From: Haemophilus sp.
Lineage (GTDB): Bacteria > Pseudomonadota > Gammaproteobacteria > Enterobacterales > Pasteurellaceae
Direction: 5' to 3'
DNA length: 44,731 nt
Assembly: GCA_015255025.1 (NCBI GenBank)
Contig: JABZOY010000001.1
Coordinates: 2,220-46,950 of the forward strand
Below are positions 44,493 to 44,731 of the stretch, piece after piece. Within the stretch, counting starts at the first letter, position 1, and each line of letters opens with the position of its first letter. The notes under the pieces were generated by a model that saw only the letters and a program-made list of their open reading frames with translations, ran no database searches and was not told the origin of the DNA. The translations under genes were made by a program, and so were the position numbers.

Positions 44493-44731
44493 ATGGTAAC
44501 CATTCGTTTATCTCGTGGCGGAGCTAAAAAACGCCCATTTTATCAAATCGTAGTAGCTGACAGTCGTTCACCACGTGACGGTCGTTTCATTGAGCGTGTA
44601 GGTTTCTTCAACCCAATCGCACAAGGTAACGCAGAGCGTCTTCGTGTTGATCTTGAGCGTGTAAACCACTGGGTTGCTCAAGGTGCATCACTTTCAGATC
44701 GTGTTGCAACTTTGGTAAAAGAAGCTCAAAA
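44493..44731 (+). CDS. rpsP: 30S ribosomal protein S16 (3' end beyond the window)
   Basis: Manual translation [41 protein letters not shown]... Confidence 0.98.
   Translation, partial: MVTIRLSRGGAKKRPFYQIVVADSRSPRDGRFIERVGFFNPIAQGNAERLRVDLERVNHWVAQGASLSDRVATLVKEAQ

Overview
This is a mostly housekeeping chromosomal segment from a Pasteurellaceae genome of the Haemophilus type. It carries roughly 35-40 copies (counted by eye) of the Hin-type uptake signal AAGTGCGGT; the gene content resembles H. parainfluenzae, but the species is my inference. Gene order: partial AraC regulator, ABC exporter, yceD-rpmF-plsX-fabH-fabD-fabG-acpP, dcuB, aroK-aroB-dam, dciA(-), secM-secA-mutT, an LTA-synthase/sulfatase-family gene, holA-lptE-leuS(-), yggU-yggT-corA(-), yajG(-), bolA, nqrABCDEF-apbE-nqrM, mnmA, an orphan YD-repeat-like secreted protein, two tandem BCCT transporters, tatABC, hemB, gdhA and partial rpsP. 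I see no phage, IS, CRISPR, rRNA or tRNA, and no large novel multi-gene system. The best leads are smaller. (1) An unannotated 11-codon leader peptide plus two mutually exclusive hairpins sits upstream of corA. (2) Two probable accessory genes are each bracketed by direct repeats of USS-hairpin elements, one repeat carrying a fossil copy of the neighbouring gene's C-terminus. (3) The second BCCT is divergent, with altered ion-site motifs. (4) A structured leader precedes the BCCT pair. (5) DcuB carries an insertion of about 100 aa.
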